Shown piece after piece: positions 53,402 to 62,890 of a DNA stretch of 64,000 nt. This stretch comes from a virus. The position numbers and the translations under genes are program-made. A model generated the notes under the pieces. It was not told the origin of the DNA, searched no databases, and saw only the letters and a program-made list of their open reading frames with translations. The stretch covers positions 70,606 through 134,605 of IMG/VR virus record IMGVR_UViG_3300017989_000003; one strand, given 5' to 3'. Each line of letters starts with the position of its first letter. The first letter of the stretch is position 1.

Positions 53402-55054
53402 ATGGCTTGGACTAAACCTTACCAATACGCGCACTATATGGGAGAACATGCTAATGACTCTACAGCTTTAGCTTTCATTCAGGCGCTAAAATGGGATTCT
53501 GACGGAGATGGAACTGGTGACCCTCAAGAGGGTATGGTGTATCAAGATAGCACGCTTCATATTATGAAAGTGTACAATGGTACTTCATGGACAGCTATTG
53601 GCGCTGACCAGAATTTGTGGGAAACAATCTCGTCAGATTCAGGAAGCACATCGGCTGATAGCCCAACTGACACTCTTACAATCGCTGGTGGAGAAGGTAT
53701 TGACACGTCTATCACAGACGATACGCTTACAATCGCTGGTGAAAATGCTGATGACGCTGGAAACAAAGGTATTGCATCATTTGCGTCTGACGACTTCGAC
53801 GTGACAGACGGAGATGTGGCTCTTGAAGATACTGTCGTAAAAACTGTAGCTAGTGACAGTGGTTCTGCAACACCATCTACTCATGGATTTGGTATTAAGG
53901 GCGGGGAAGGTATCGACACATCAGGTGCTGGTACAGATATTACAATTGCTGGTGAAAATGCAACTGACACCAACAAAGGTATTGCATCTTTTGATGCAAC
54001 GGACTTCACTGTTACAGATGGAGATGTAACAATCAATGATGGTGGTATTGACCATGGTAATTTGGAAGCAACTTCACTGTTAGACGATGACCATACGCAG
54101 TATATTCTTGTTACAGGTGGTCGTGCATTTACTGGAAACCAGGCAATGGGTGGAAACAAAATCACTGGTCTTGGAACGCCAACAGCCAATGCTGATGCAG
54201 CTACAAAAGAATACGTTGACCAACACCGTGATTGGCAAACTTCTGTTAAAGATAAAGACCTTGCTGTTCCACCAGTTGGACCCAGTGAAGGTGACAGATA
54301 TATTGTCGGTAAACACTCATATGCAATTGTAGCTGTTGACACAGGAAATGAAACTTTCTCAATTGCTGGTGACCATTCTTCTGAATTGAGTGCAACTGAG
54401 AAGTTTGATGTTGTTGGCTCTACTGGTAATGACGGACAGTGGACTGTGCAATCTATCGTGTACAGTGACCCAAATACTGTAATTACAGTAACTGGTGATA
54501 TCACAGACGCTACAGTTGACGGTGACATCGAATTTGCAGAAGACGCTTGGAACACACACGAAAATGATATCGCAGAGTGGGACGGCGTATCTGCGTGGGA
54601 TATGTATGAGCCAGACGAAGGTTGTACAACTCGTGTTGAGGACGAGGATAAATTTTATGTCTTTGATGGAACAAATTGGGGTAGTTGGGATGCGGCAACT
54701 GACCATGGGTTACTCCTGGGTTTAGAAGACGATGACCACGAACAATACCACAATGATACCAGAGGTGACGCTCGTTATTACACGCAAACACAGATTGGTG
54801 GAACCGGTGCTGGGACTGAAGGAGCATTACTTGTCGGAACGGACAGTAAGGGCAATCTTGGTTCTTCAACTACAGTCGAAGCATGCCTGGAAAATTTGAA
54901 CACGAAGAACCCCCCAAAACGTGCGTCTAATGCAGGGAATCCAAATGCAGGCGCTGGAATAGCTGGTGCAGTTGGGGACATTATTGTCGATACAGACAAT
55001 GATGTGCCATACATGAATATAGATGGCACCGCCACTGGTTGGATTGTTATATAA
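53402..55054 (+). CDS. virion fibre protein with internal repeats and a DUF2793-like domain
   Basis: IAGENA...NKGIASF x2; DHG.L...DDDH.QY x2; PP..P.EGDRYIV...W. Confidence 0.7.
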   Translation: MAWTKPYQYAHYMGEHANDSTALAFIQALKWDSDGDGTGDPQEGMVYQDSTLHIMKVYNGTSWTAIGADQNLWETISSDSGSTSADSPTDTLTIAGGEGIDTSITDDTLTIAGENADDAGNKGIASFASDDFDVTDGDVALEDTVVKTVASDSGSATPSTHGFGIKGGEGIDTSGAGTDITIAGENATDTNKGIASFDATDFTVTDGDVTINDGGIDHGNLEATSLLDDDHTQYILVTGGRAFTGNQAMGGNKITGLGTPTANADAATKEYVDQHRDWQTSVKDKDLAVPPVGPSEGDRYIVGKHSYAIVAVDTGNETFSIAGDHSSELSATEKFDVVGSTGNDGQWTVQSIVYSDPNTVITVTGDITDATVDGDIEFAEDAWNTHENDIAEWDGVSAWDMYEPDEGCTTRVEDEDKFYVFDGTNWGSWDAATDHGLLLGLEDDDHEQYHNDTRGDARYYTQTQIGGTGAGTEGALLVGTDSKGNLGSSTTVEACLENLNTKNPPKRASNAGNPNAGAGIAGAVGDIIVDTDNDVPYMNIDGTATGWIVI

Positions 55055-55121
55055 TTGATATTACAAGGGGCTGGTATTTACGTAATACCGCCCCTTTTAC
55101 TAATTTTAATCGAGGCGTGGA

Positions 55122-56861
55122 ATGGCTTGGACTAAACCTTATCAATATGCAAACTATGTGGGTGAACATGCTGATGATGCTACGGCGCTAGCTTTTATTA
55201 AATCTATAAAGTGGGATTCAAATGGCGATGGAACAGGAAATGCGCAAGCAGGCATGTTGTACTATAACACTACTTCCAATAGGGTTAGGTGGTATAATGG
55301 CTCAGGCTGGGTAGAAATAGTTCCAGGTGGCTACACTGGAGTTCAAGTTTACTTTTTCGGAAAACACGGGGACGACGCAAATGATGGAAAGAGCCCTGAA
55401 AACGCAAAAGAAACAATCGGTTCTGCGTGTACGGCGGCTGGTTCCCCGTTAGAAACAGCAAAAGTAATCATTAGAGGTTTAGACGGAGGAACATATTCTG
55501 AGAACGTTACAATACCTCAAAATACCATGCTCTACGCTCCAGCAGCAACAATAGCTGGATACCTTACATTTGGAACTAATTCTAACGCAAATATTTATAG
55601 ATTTTCTGGGCAATCTAGTGTCGACTACACACTGCAATTTAATAGCGGTACAGCCGCAAGCTGCAACTATTGCAAAATTCAAGAAGTGTACCATCCAAAT
55701 AGAAATGTGTGCCTTGTCAATACAGCAGGAAGCGTATATTTTGATGTCGACAAATGGACTAGTGCAGGAAGCACATCATATTCTGCAATTGTCCACCAGG
55801 CAGGAACTATATATGGACAGATTAAGAATTTCACTACAGGCGGACATAGCATTTACGCATATGGTTCTACAGCAAAAAAGATGTACCTTACATTTGAGTA
55901 TATTAATGTATCAAGCTATGGTGGTAGATTCATAAAAACAAATTCAGATGCTAAATTTAACGGATATATAAAGGCGAATTATTTGTATTGTTATGATTGG
56001 TTTATTGATAATGATAGCAGCGAGGGGAGCGACAATTTCTCAGTCGAAATTGACATAAATCATGCGTACATAGGAACTGGATGGACTGCTGTGGATATTA
56101 AGTATGGAAAATTATCCGGAAGAATTGGCGAACTCACGTCGATAGGAACTTTATTTACAGGCGGCGCTGGAAGTATTATAGATTTAACTGTTGGAACGAT
56201 GATATCAACTGGTGCAGGGTCTTACATAGCAAATCTAGCTTACGGTTCTGAATTTAAGCTTTCAGCAAATAAAATTAAGTACTCTAAGTATTTCGTGAAT
56301 TCCACGCATGCAAACAACAAAATAGACATATCAACAAATTATTTGGAAGCAACTGACACAGGAGCCGCTATAGTCGGCGTAACAGCAAGCGCTGGAGAAG
56401 TAAGACTTAATGTCCATAATAATTGGAATTTACACAGTTCTGGCTCCACACCGTGGTCTATCAGTAGCACTGCGGTCTTTAAGGCGAATATAACTGAGTT
56501 GTCAAATTACAATACATCTTATCCGCCAACCTCTAACAGCAACACAGAAGTATACTACAATAAAGGCAACTCGACAATAAGCAGTGCGACTCACTACGAC
56601 GACCTAAATGTTGTGGGAATAAAAACAATTTTTGTCGATACTACTTCTAATGATGTGACTATCGGTGGTTTTTCTGGCGGGACAAAAGGACAAACAATAG
56701 AGATTATTAAAACCGTTACAGCGAATAATTTGATTATTGAATACGCAGAAGACTCAGGAACTCAGCAAATTTATATAGAGGGTAGTGGTGATAAATCTAT
56801 AACAGATTGGGGAATCGCGCAATTAGTATGCGATGGCTCAAATTGGTTCTATTCACCATAA
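55122..56861 (+). CDS. virion fibre/tailspike-like beta-helix protein
   Basis: N-terminal module shared with 53402; GDDANDGKS..AK.TI..A. Confidence 0.7.
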   Translation: MAWTKPYQYANYVGEHADDATALAFIKSIKWDSNGDGTGNAQAGMLYYNTTSNRVRWYNGSGWVEIVPGGYTGVQVYFFGKHGDDANDGKSPENAKETIGSACTAAGSPLETAKVIIRGLDGGTYSENVTIPQNTMLYAPAATIAGYLTFGTNSNANIYRFSGQSSVDYTLQFNSGTAASCNYCKIQEVYHPNRNVCLVNTAGSVYFDVDKWTSAGSTSYSAIVHQAGTIYGQIKNFTTGGHSIYAYGSTAKKMYLTFEYINVSSYGGRFIKTNSDAKFNGYIKANYLYCYDWFIDNDSSEGSDNFSVEIDINHAYIGTGWTAVDIKYGKLSGRIGELTSIGTLFTGGAGSIIDLTVGTMISTGAGSYIANLAYGSEFKLSANKIKYSKYFVNSTHANNKIDISTNYLEATDTGAAIVGVTASAGEVRLNVHNNWNLHSSGSTPWSISSTAVFKANITELSNYNTSYPPTSNSNTEVYYNKGNSTISSATHYDDLNVVGIKTIFVDTTSNDVTIGGFSGGTKGQTIEIIKTVTANNLIIEYAEDSGTQQIYIEGSGDKSITDWGIAQLVCDGSNWFYSP

Positions 56862-56875
56862 ATAAATGGAGACTT

Positions 56876-57607
56876 ATGGAAAAAGTTATATCAAGTAATT
56901 TCAATAATTTTATTGGAGAGTTTGAGAGCGACACTACTGCCATTAATTATATAAAGTCGGGAAAATGGGACTCTAACGGTGATGGAACTGGAGGAGTTGA
57001 TTACGGAGTAGTGTATTACAACTCCACAACCAAGAAACTAAGATGTTTTGATGGCACAAATTGGGGTAATTGCATCAATATGATTGTGTCACTAGAAGAT
57101 AACTCAACAAGCTGGGAACTTAAAGTGGACGCAAACGGTAAGTTGAAATCTAAAAATACCGCAACTGGTGTCGAAGTAGTCCATATTGCAGAAAATTTAC
57201 CATCATCTCCCAATAGTACATTGTATATACACAAAATACTTCGTGATGACGGACTAGAGCAATCACCCTCAGGTATGTTGCTAAAATGGACTAATGTTGG
57301 GAGAACACAAAACAAATGGTTAAAAGGGGGTGAGGGTATACCGTCTAATATAACTGGAGAATTAATATTTAAGGATGCTTACCTTGTTTCAGTGTCTGTA
57401 ATATCTAAACAAGAAGCTTCGTATGATATAAAAATATGTGCAGATAATGACTACAATAATTGGCTCGCAGAATTGGCAATCGAATCTGCACGAAAAGCGT
57501 CATTTACAGGACTGAATATAGCTGTTGATGCAGGTTCGGAGTTACAGTGTTTTTTAAGTGGTGCAGCTACATACCCTACTGTAGTTGCTGAGTTGTTGTG
57601 GAGGTAA
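56876..57607 (+). CDS. virion appendage protein with shared N-terminal module
   Basis: WDSNGDGTG...YYNST. Confidence 0.65.
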   Translation: MEKVISSNFNNFIGEFESDTTAINYIKSGKWDSNGDGTGGVDYGVVYYNSTTKKLRCFDGTNWGNCINMIVSLEDNSTSWELKVDANGKLKSKNTATGVEVVHIAENLPSSPNSTLYIHKILRDDGLEQSPSGMLLKWTNVGRTQNKWLKGGEGIPSNITGELIFKDAYLVSVSVISKQEASYDIKICADNDYNNWLAELAIESARKASFTGLNIAVDAGSELQCFLSGAATYPTVVAELLWR

Positions 57608-57608
57608 G

Positions 57609-58661
57609 ATGACTAACCGTATTATTAAAAATTTAACTGGTTCTGATGAGATGATTGCTGACCTGGGCGTTACTGTCCCTTCGGAATCATCGATAGACTT
57701 ATGTGACTCATGCCAACTTGAGGAAATAGCGAACTCTGATGACTTAATTGAGCTTCTAGGACAAGGAGTCTCTAATTTTGTAATTAATGATGGCGTTCGA
57801 GATTATACAATAGGAGAAGGGATAGACTTAGTTAGACGTATAGTACAGAAATTTCCTACTGACACTGTTAGCCAGACTCCCCGGTTTTCTGTAATTCCAC
57901 CAGAAGGAAATGAAGTAATTATAATATCACACAACTGGTGTGACAAATGTACTTGGTATACGAATAGTACTCGAATTGCCGAAGAAGAAGCTGAGGTACT
58001 TTCCGATAGTGGAGATGGTCTTACGTTTAATTCACAACATGAGTTTTGGATAGACTTGAACCACGGTAGACTTTCGAAAGAAGAATACATAAAAACTGCG
58101 TACTTACCAATTATAAAAGTTAATGGGGTTACAGTTACAGAACGGACACCATTTTCAGACGAAGGTGGTGACTTTGTAATAGATTATGAAAGCGGGAGTG
58201 TAACTTTTAGTAGTAGCCAGTCAGGAAAAACTGTAACGGCTATTTATAGCTATGCTAGTGATAGTGTATTTAGTGTGGTTCCTTCTGGCAGTGAAATTCT
58301 TAGGGTTGAGCGGGCTGAAGTTCAGTTCTCTAAGAACATAGAAATGAATGACTCAGTTGCATTTCAAATTTGGGCTTATAATCCACTGGACTTACCTAAT
58401 AAAGTACAGGTACAAGATTCAGATGTGTTTAAGACAGTCAGAGATTTCGTAGATGACGCAACTGGCTGTTATCCTGAAATACCAGCTTTTGGGGGTACTA
58501 AAAGAGGATTGTCGTATCCTCATATAGTCTTACCCTTTAATTACAGAACTGTTCGCGACTTAAAAGGAAGTGATGGACTGGAGATTAGAATTAAGCTAGA
58601 AAACGATATCCCATTTGGGGGAGAATTTGCTACAATAACATTTTATTGTACGTCTATGTAG
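57609..58661 (+). CDS. probable structural protein
   Basis: Beta-rich; DF.IDY.SG.VTF motif; structural cluster. Confidence 0.5.
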   Translation: MTNRIIKNLTGSDEMIADLGVTVPSESSIDLCDSCQLEEIANSDDLIELLGQGVSNFVINDGVRDYTIGEGIDLVRRIVQKFPTDTVSQTPRFSVIPPEGNEVIIISHNWCDKCTWYTNSTRIAEEEAEVLSDSGDGLTFNSQHEFWIDLNHGRLSKEEYIKTAYLPIIKVNGVTVTERTPFSDEGGDFVIDYESGSVTFSSSQSGKTVTAIYSYASDSVFSVVPSGSEILRVERAEVQFSKNIEMNDSVAFQIWAYNPLDLPNKVQVQDSDVFKTVRDFVDDATGCYPEIPAFGGTKRGLSYPHIVLPFNYRTVRDLKGSDGLEIRIKLENDIPFGGEFATITFYCTSM

Positions 58662-58672
58662 GAGAAAATATC

Positions 58673-59146
58673 ATGCGGAAGCAACTGCCAAATAATTACG
58701 TGATTAACTTCACAGCTAAAGAAAATGACTTGTATGAGGTAGACAGTGTAAAATACTGGGACGTAGAGTTACAAATCGACAAAGATTACCTTGGTTACAT
58801 AGAAATACCAGAAGGTGATTTAACTTTCGACGAGCTTTATGTGTTCATACAAGAAATTCAACGTCGTGAAGAATACCTGAACACTAATAGAAATGTATTA
58901 GATGAACTTCTGTCGAATTTTAGTAGTGTCAAAGTTATGCTGTCGTATGATATGTCAGGTTCATTATTTATAGACAATGAGGGTGAAGATTACGAACTGA
59001 TAACAGCGACTAAAGTAGAAAAAAACTTTTACGTAGTTGCTAATATGACTCTATTTGGAGTTGATGATTTTGACGAGACGCTTAATCTGCATGAATACAT
59101 GGACTTAATTACAGTAGTTTTACAAAAGTGGTATAAAAACACATAA
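58673..59146 (+). CDS. hypothetical protein, paralog family
   Basis: See 50188. Confidence 0.6.
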   Translation: MRKQLPNNYVINFTAKENDLYEVDSVKYWDVELQIDKDYLGYIEIPEGDLTFDELYVFIQEIQRREEYLNTNRNVLDELLSNFSSVKVMLSYDMSGSLFIDNEGEDYELITATKVEKNFYVVANMTLFGVDDFDETLNLHEYMDLITVVLQKWYKNT

Positions 59147-59155
59147 GGATACGTA

Positions 59156-60832
59156 ATGCTAGCAACGACCTATAAAAATTTTGTGGGAGATTACGCAACT
59201 GACGCAGGAGCACTAGTATTTATTCAAACTGCTAATTGGGACGATGCAGGCGATGGTACTGGGAATCCACGTATAGGAATGTTGTATTTTAATACTACAA
59301 GTGAGTTAGTAAGGAGATACACATCGTCAGGTTGGGTTGACGTAGGGACAGACTTACCCCATAATACAATTTATGTCGATGTGAATAACACAAGAACTGG
59401 ACAAGATGGCTCATTTAGAAACCCTTTTAGTTTAGCCCAGGATGCTATCGACTTAGTGGACGCCAGGGCAGATAACAGTCTAGCAAATCCTTACGTAATC
59501 GAACTATTTGTAGGGGATTACACTGCTCAGGGAGCTTTAGATTTAAGTAAGCCTAATTTGGTTAATTTAATTATTAAGGGTCAGGGCGACGGAACGGCTA
59601 TGCCAGCGAATAGTGTTCAGGTAGCTGGATTATCATGCACGACTAATAACGATGGATTTTTATCTCTAAGTGTTATAGACGTGTACTTTACTGAATTATT
59701 CCATATGGAAGGGGCATCTAATAGTACTTTATTTATGTCGTGGATTGCTACTATAGAGAGATGCTCTTTCAACGCCTCATCAGGAAATTGTCTATATCTT
59801 TACAATATGTGGGGGATAAGATTTCGTAATTGTTACATGGATAGTAAAGACACAGATATACTAAATGTTTATTCAGTGTACTTTGACCATACCATAAATA
59901 ATTCAGACACTACGTTTAATGCTGACAATGCTTCTAAATCACCAATAGCTCCAGGTTTTGGAGTTTGTAACAGTCAGGCGTTCTCTACACAATTAGGTAA
60001 TAACCTGACATTTCTAAATACAGCTTTGTTTGCTACACATTGCGAGTTTTTTACGTGTACTATAGGTTCGACTGCTTTTGTGTCTGCTATGAGTTTGCCA
60101 AATGCGAATACCACTGTAGTTATCAACAACTCTGAGGTTATAGAGAACATTAATGTTAATGGCGGGTCTATGGTGGTTAATGGTACATGGTATGACCCAG
60201 CGAAATTAACTGTACTAGCTGGTACATTTACTAATAATAATCTCAGTCAGGCAGTTGCTTATACTCCAGCTGTTCCAGGGGATTGGTCTGTCGTACCAGA
60301 CGATGTAAAAGAGGCGCTAGATACACTAGCTGCTAACTTTGCAGCAACTATTACCGTATTAGCAAAGTTTACAGCCAATGACTCCTTATTGCCCGCAGTA
60401 AATCCAGCTAGTATTTCTGGTAGAAACGGCATTCCAGTAGCTGAGTTTGATGACACAATTAACGAAAATATTGTATTTAGCGATATTGTACAAAAAGGGT
60501 ATAGTGGTTCAAACATCGAAGTAAAAATTTATTGGGTAGCTGCCTCAGCTATACTTGGGGACGTTAAATGGAATGCGGCATTTGAAAGGAAACAGGATGG
60601 TGGAAGCTCAATAGATGTAGATTCATTTGCGGCAGCTAGAAGTGTAACTGACACGACTAGCGCAGTTCTTGGTAGTATAAAAGTATCTACAATTACATTT
60701 ACCCAAGCTCAGGCAGATGGAATTGTGTCTGAAGATAAATTTCGTGTAAAATTTACAAGAGATGCGTCAGATGTTGCTGATACTTTGATTGGTGACGCCC
60801 AAATAGTAGCTGTAGAGATTGGAGTGGCATAA
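59156..60832 (+). CDS. virion fibre/beta-helix protein with shared N-terminal module
   Basis: WDDAGDGTGNP..GMLYFNTT; DGS..NPF...Q.AI. Confidence 0.7.
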   Translation: MLATTYKNFVGDYATDAGALVFIQTANWDDAGDGTGNPRIGMLYFNTTSELVRRYTSSGWVDVGTDLPHNTIYVDVNNTRTGQDGSFRNPFSLAQDAIDLVDARADNSLANPYVIELFVGDYTAQGALDLSKPNLVNLIIKGQGDGTAMPANSVQVAGLSCTTNNDGFLSLSVIDVYFTELFHMEGASNSTLFMSWIATIERCSFNASSGNCLYLYNMWGIRFRNCYMDSKDTDILNVYSVYFDHTINNSDTTFNADNASKSPIAPGFGVCNSQAFSTQLGNNLTFLNTALFATHCEFFTCTIGSTAFVSAMSLPNANTTVVINNSEVIENINVNGGSMVVNGTWYDPAKLTVLAGTFTNNNLSQAVAYTPAVPGDWSVVPDDVKEALDTLAANFAATITVLAKFTANDSLLPAVNPASISGRNGIPVAEFDDTINENIVFSDIVQKGYSGSNIEVKIYWVAASAILGDVKWNAAFERKQDGGSSIDVDSFAAARSVTDTTSAVLGSIKVSTITFTQAQADGIVSEDKFRVKFTRDASDVADTLIGDAQIVAVEIGVA

Positions 60833-61515
60833 TGGCTAGGAACTTTAATGGAACAACACAACGGCTTGTAAACGTCACTGGAGTTCCTGTATCAGTTGCT
60901 CCACTTACGGTATCTGCGTGGGTTAATCCGTCTACAGCTGCACCATTAGACGATATGGTTATTATAAGTCTTTGTCGTACTGATAGTGCCCAACATTGGT
61001 TTAGGCTACTTATCGAAGGAAATACAATAGCCGACCGTGGTTATCCCAGATGGGCAGTAACAGCTGGTGGAGTAGCTGGAAAAGCTCAGGCTACAAGTCT
61101 TATTTTAGCGAATACATGGCAGCATTTATGTGGCGTGGAATACTCAAGTAGTAATCGCTCTGTATTTCTAAATGCTGGAAGCCAGGGAAGTAATTTTGAC
61201 CTAAGAGTACCTGCTGGTGTTAATCGAATAGACATAGCGCATTGTAACTGGATAGGAAACCCAGACTGGTTTTCTGGAAGTATCGCACATGTTGCAATTT
61301 GGAATGTAGCGTTATTAACTAATGAAATAAAAGCACTCTCTTCTGGATTATCCCCACTTCAAATACGACCTGATAAATTGGTGGCGTATTATCCGCTAAA
61401 TGGAAGACCTACAGAGCCTGATGTTGTCAGAAAGTTAAATCTAACGGTAGTTAATGCACCGTTGGTAGTTACTGAACCAAAAAATTTATTGGGTAAATTT
61501 ATAATTGCTGCGTAG
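60832..61515 (+). CDS. LamG/ConA-like lectin domain protein
   Basis: TVSAWV, NTWQHL, FSGSIAHVAIWN.AL...EI, LVAYYPL. Confidence 0.8.
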   Translation: MARNFNGTTQRLVNVTGVPVSVAPLTVSAWVNPSTAAPLDDMVIISLCRTDSAQHWFRLLIEGNTIADRGYPRWAVTAGGVAGKAQATSLILANTWQHLCGVEYSSSNRSVFLNAGSQGSNFDLRVPAGVNRIDIAHCNWIGNPDWFSGSIAHVAIWNVALLTNEIKALSSGLSPLQIRPDKLVAYYPLNGRPTEPDVVRKLNLTVVNAPLVVTEPKNLLGKFIIAA

Positions 61516-61523
61516 AGGTAAAT

Positions 61524-62072
61524 ATGGCGACAGTTATCCATAGGGAAACGAAACAGATTCTGTATAGCGTTAATACCCCCGACTATACTGAAGAAATATG
61601 GGTGATTAACCCAGATTTTAGTAATGTCGATGGAGTTCCTCAAAAGTATTGGAAAATATCTGGTGATTCTATAGTGGAGATGACGCAAGAAGAAAAAAGC
61701 GTAGTTGATGCAGCTGAACTTGTAGAATATAAAAATTTAATGCTTACTGAAATCTCAAATAACTCACCTGTCGTACTAGAACGCGACGGATTTGAATTTG
61801 ACTCCTACGTATTTCCTCTCACTAAAGAATCTCGAGAACAATACCTAATGCTAGCTTCTATGAAAAGTGTTTTACAGTATCCATTGTTACTCGACAAAAA
61901 AGACGAGACGTTACCCCAGTATTCTATATTAGACGAGCAGGTGTTAGATTCATTTTTACTTACTGTAATGGGGTATGCCAATTCAGTTATTGATGCAGGT
62001 GAGGCATTAAAAGCTGATATTAGAGCGGCTACGTCAAAAGAAGAAGTTGACGCAGTAATAGATAACCGTTAA
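61524..62072 (+). CDS. DUF4376-like tail fibre assembly protein
   Basis: PQKYWKI.GD.IVEMT.EEK; LKADIRAATSKEEVDAV. Confidence 0.55.
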   Translation: MATVIHRETKQILYSVNTPDYTEEIWVINPDFSNVDGVPQKYWKISGDSIVEMTQEEKSVVDAAELVEYKNLMLTEISNNSPVVLERDGFEFDSYVFPLTKESREQYLMLASMKSVLQYPLLLDKKDETLPQYSILDEQVLDSFLLTVMGYANSVIDAGEALKADIRAATSKEEVDAVIDNR

Positions 62073-62099
62073 AATTGAATTAACTAACGAGGGTCAGGT

Positions 62100-62639
62100 A
62101 TGTCGAAACTTATTAAATATACGCTAGACAACAAATTAGGTGTGAATGTTACCTTGAACGACGATTTAACTTATCGTGTGGAGTCAGTTTACTATATTAG
62201 CTCTGATGGATTCGAAACTTTATATCGTGGTGACATAGTTAAACCAGCAAGTAACATCTCATTCAAAGAGCTTCAAGCTTTTCTTGACATACTACGGGCT
62301 AGACCCACTTACACAGATAGTCCACTAGATGTACTGCTTACGCGAATTATTCCCCATATAGACACAATTTTCCTCAATTTAGGTGATAATTTGTCCGGAA
62401 GTATAAGAGTAGGTAGCGCAGATGGTGATGAAATAGTGACAGCTACTTACGATTCTGACACTAGAAAGTACTTACTGCGTGCGGATTTATCTTCGATAAC
62501 AGGAGCACCAGAAATTTTGGAAGATTCGGCGTCTTTGTCTGAGTACGTGGTATTACTTCAGAAAGTACTTGAAAAGTGGTCAATTGGTTTATTGAATGTG
62601 TCTGTTTCTCCTGCAAAACTAAAATTTATGAGTCAATAA
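62100..62639 (+). CDS. hypothetical protein, paralog family
   Basis: See 50188. Confidence 0.6.
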   Translation: MSKLIKYTLDNKLGVNVTLNDDLTYRVESVYYISSDGFETLYRGDIVKPASNISFKELQAFLDILRARPTYTDSPLDVLLTRIIPHIDTIFLNLGDNLSGSIRVGSADGDEIVTATYDSDTRKYLLRADLSSITGAPEILEDSASLSEYVVLLQKVLEKWSIGLLNVSVSPAKLKFMSQ

Positions 62640-62875
62640 AAATAGAAGAAGACAAGAAAAAACACGCTATAGTCGGTGGTCTAATGGGATTAATTTTTGG
62701 ATTCCTAGGCATCTGGGGTTGGGTATTAGGATTTGTTATAATTGTTGGGTGGGAAATACAACAATATGTATTTGACACCGGTACTCCAGAGGTAGCAGAT
62801 GTTATATACGGAATAGTTCCGTTTACAATTTTGTGGTTAATAGGTTATCTGAATTATTACACTCGAAATAAATAA
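62576..62875 (+). CDS. small membrane protein (start uncertain)
   Basis: DK..H...G, WE..Q, D.I.G with hydrophobic helices. Confidence 0.5.
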   Translation: MVNWFIECVCFSCKTKIYESIKIEEDKKKHAIVGGLMGLIFGFLGIWGWVLGFVIIVGWEIQQYVFDTGTPEVADVIYGIVPFTILWLIGYLNYYTRNK

Positions 62876-62890
62876 ACTGAAAGGTTAATC

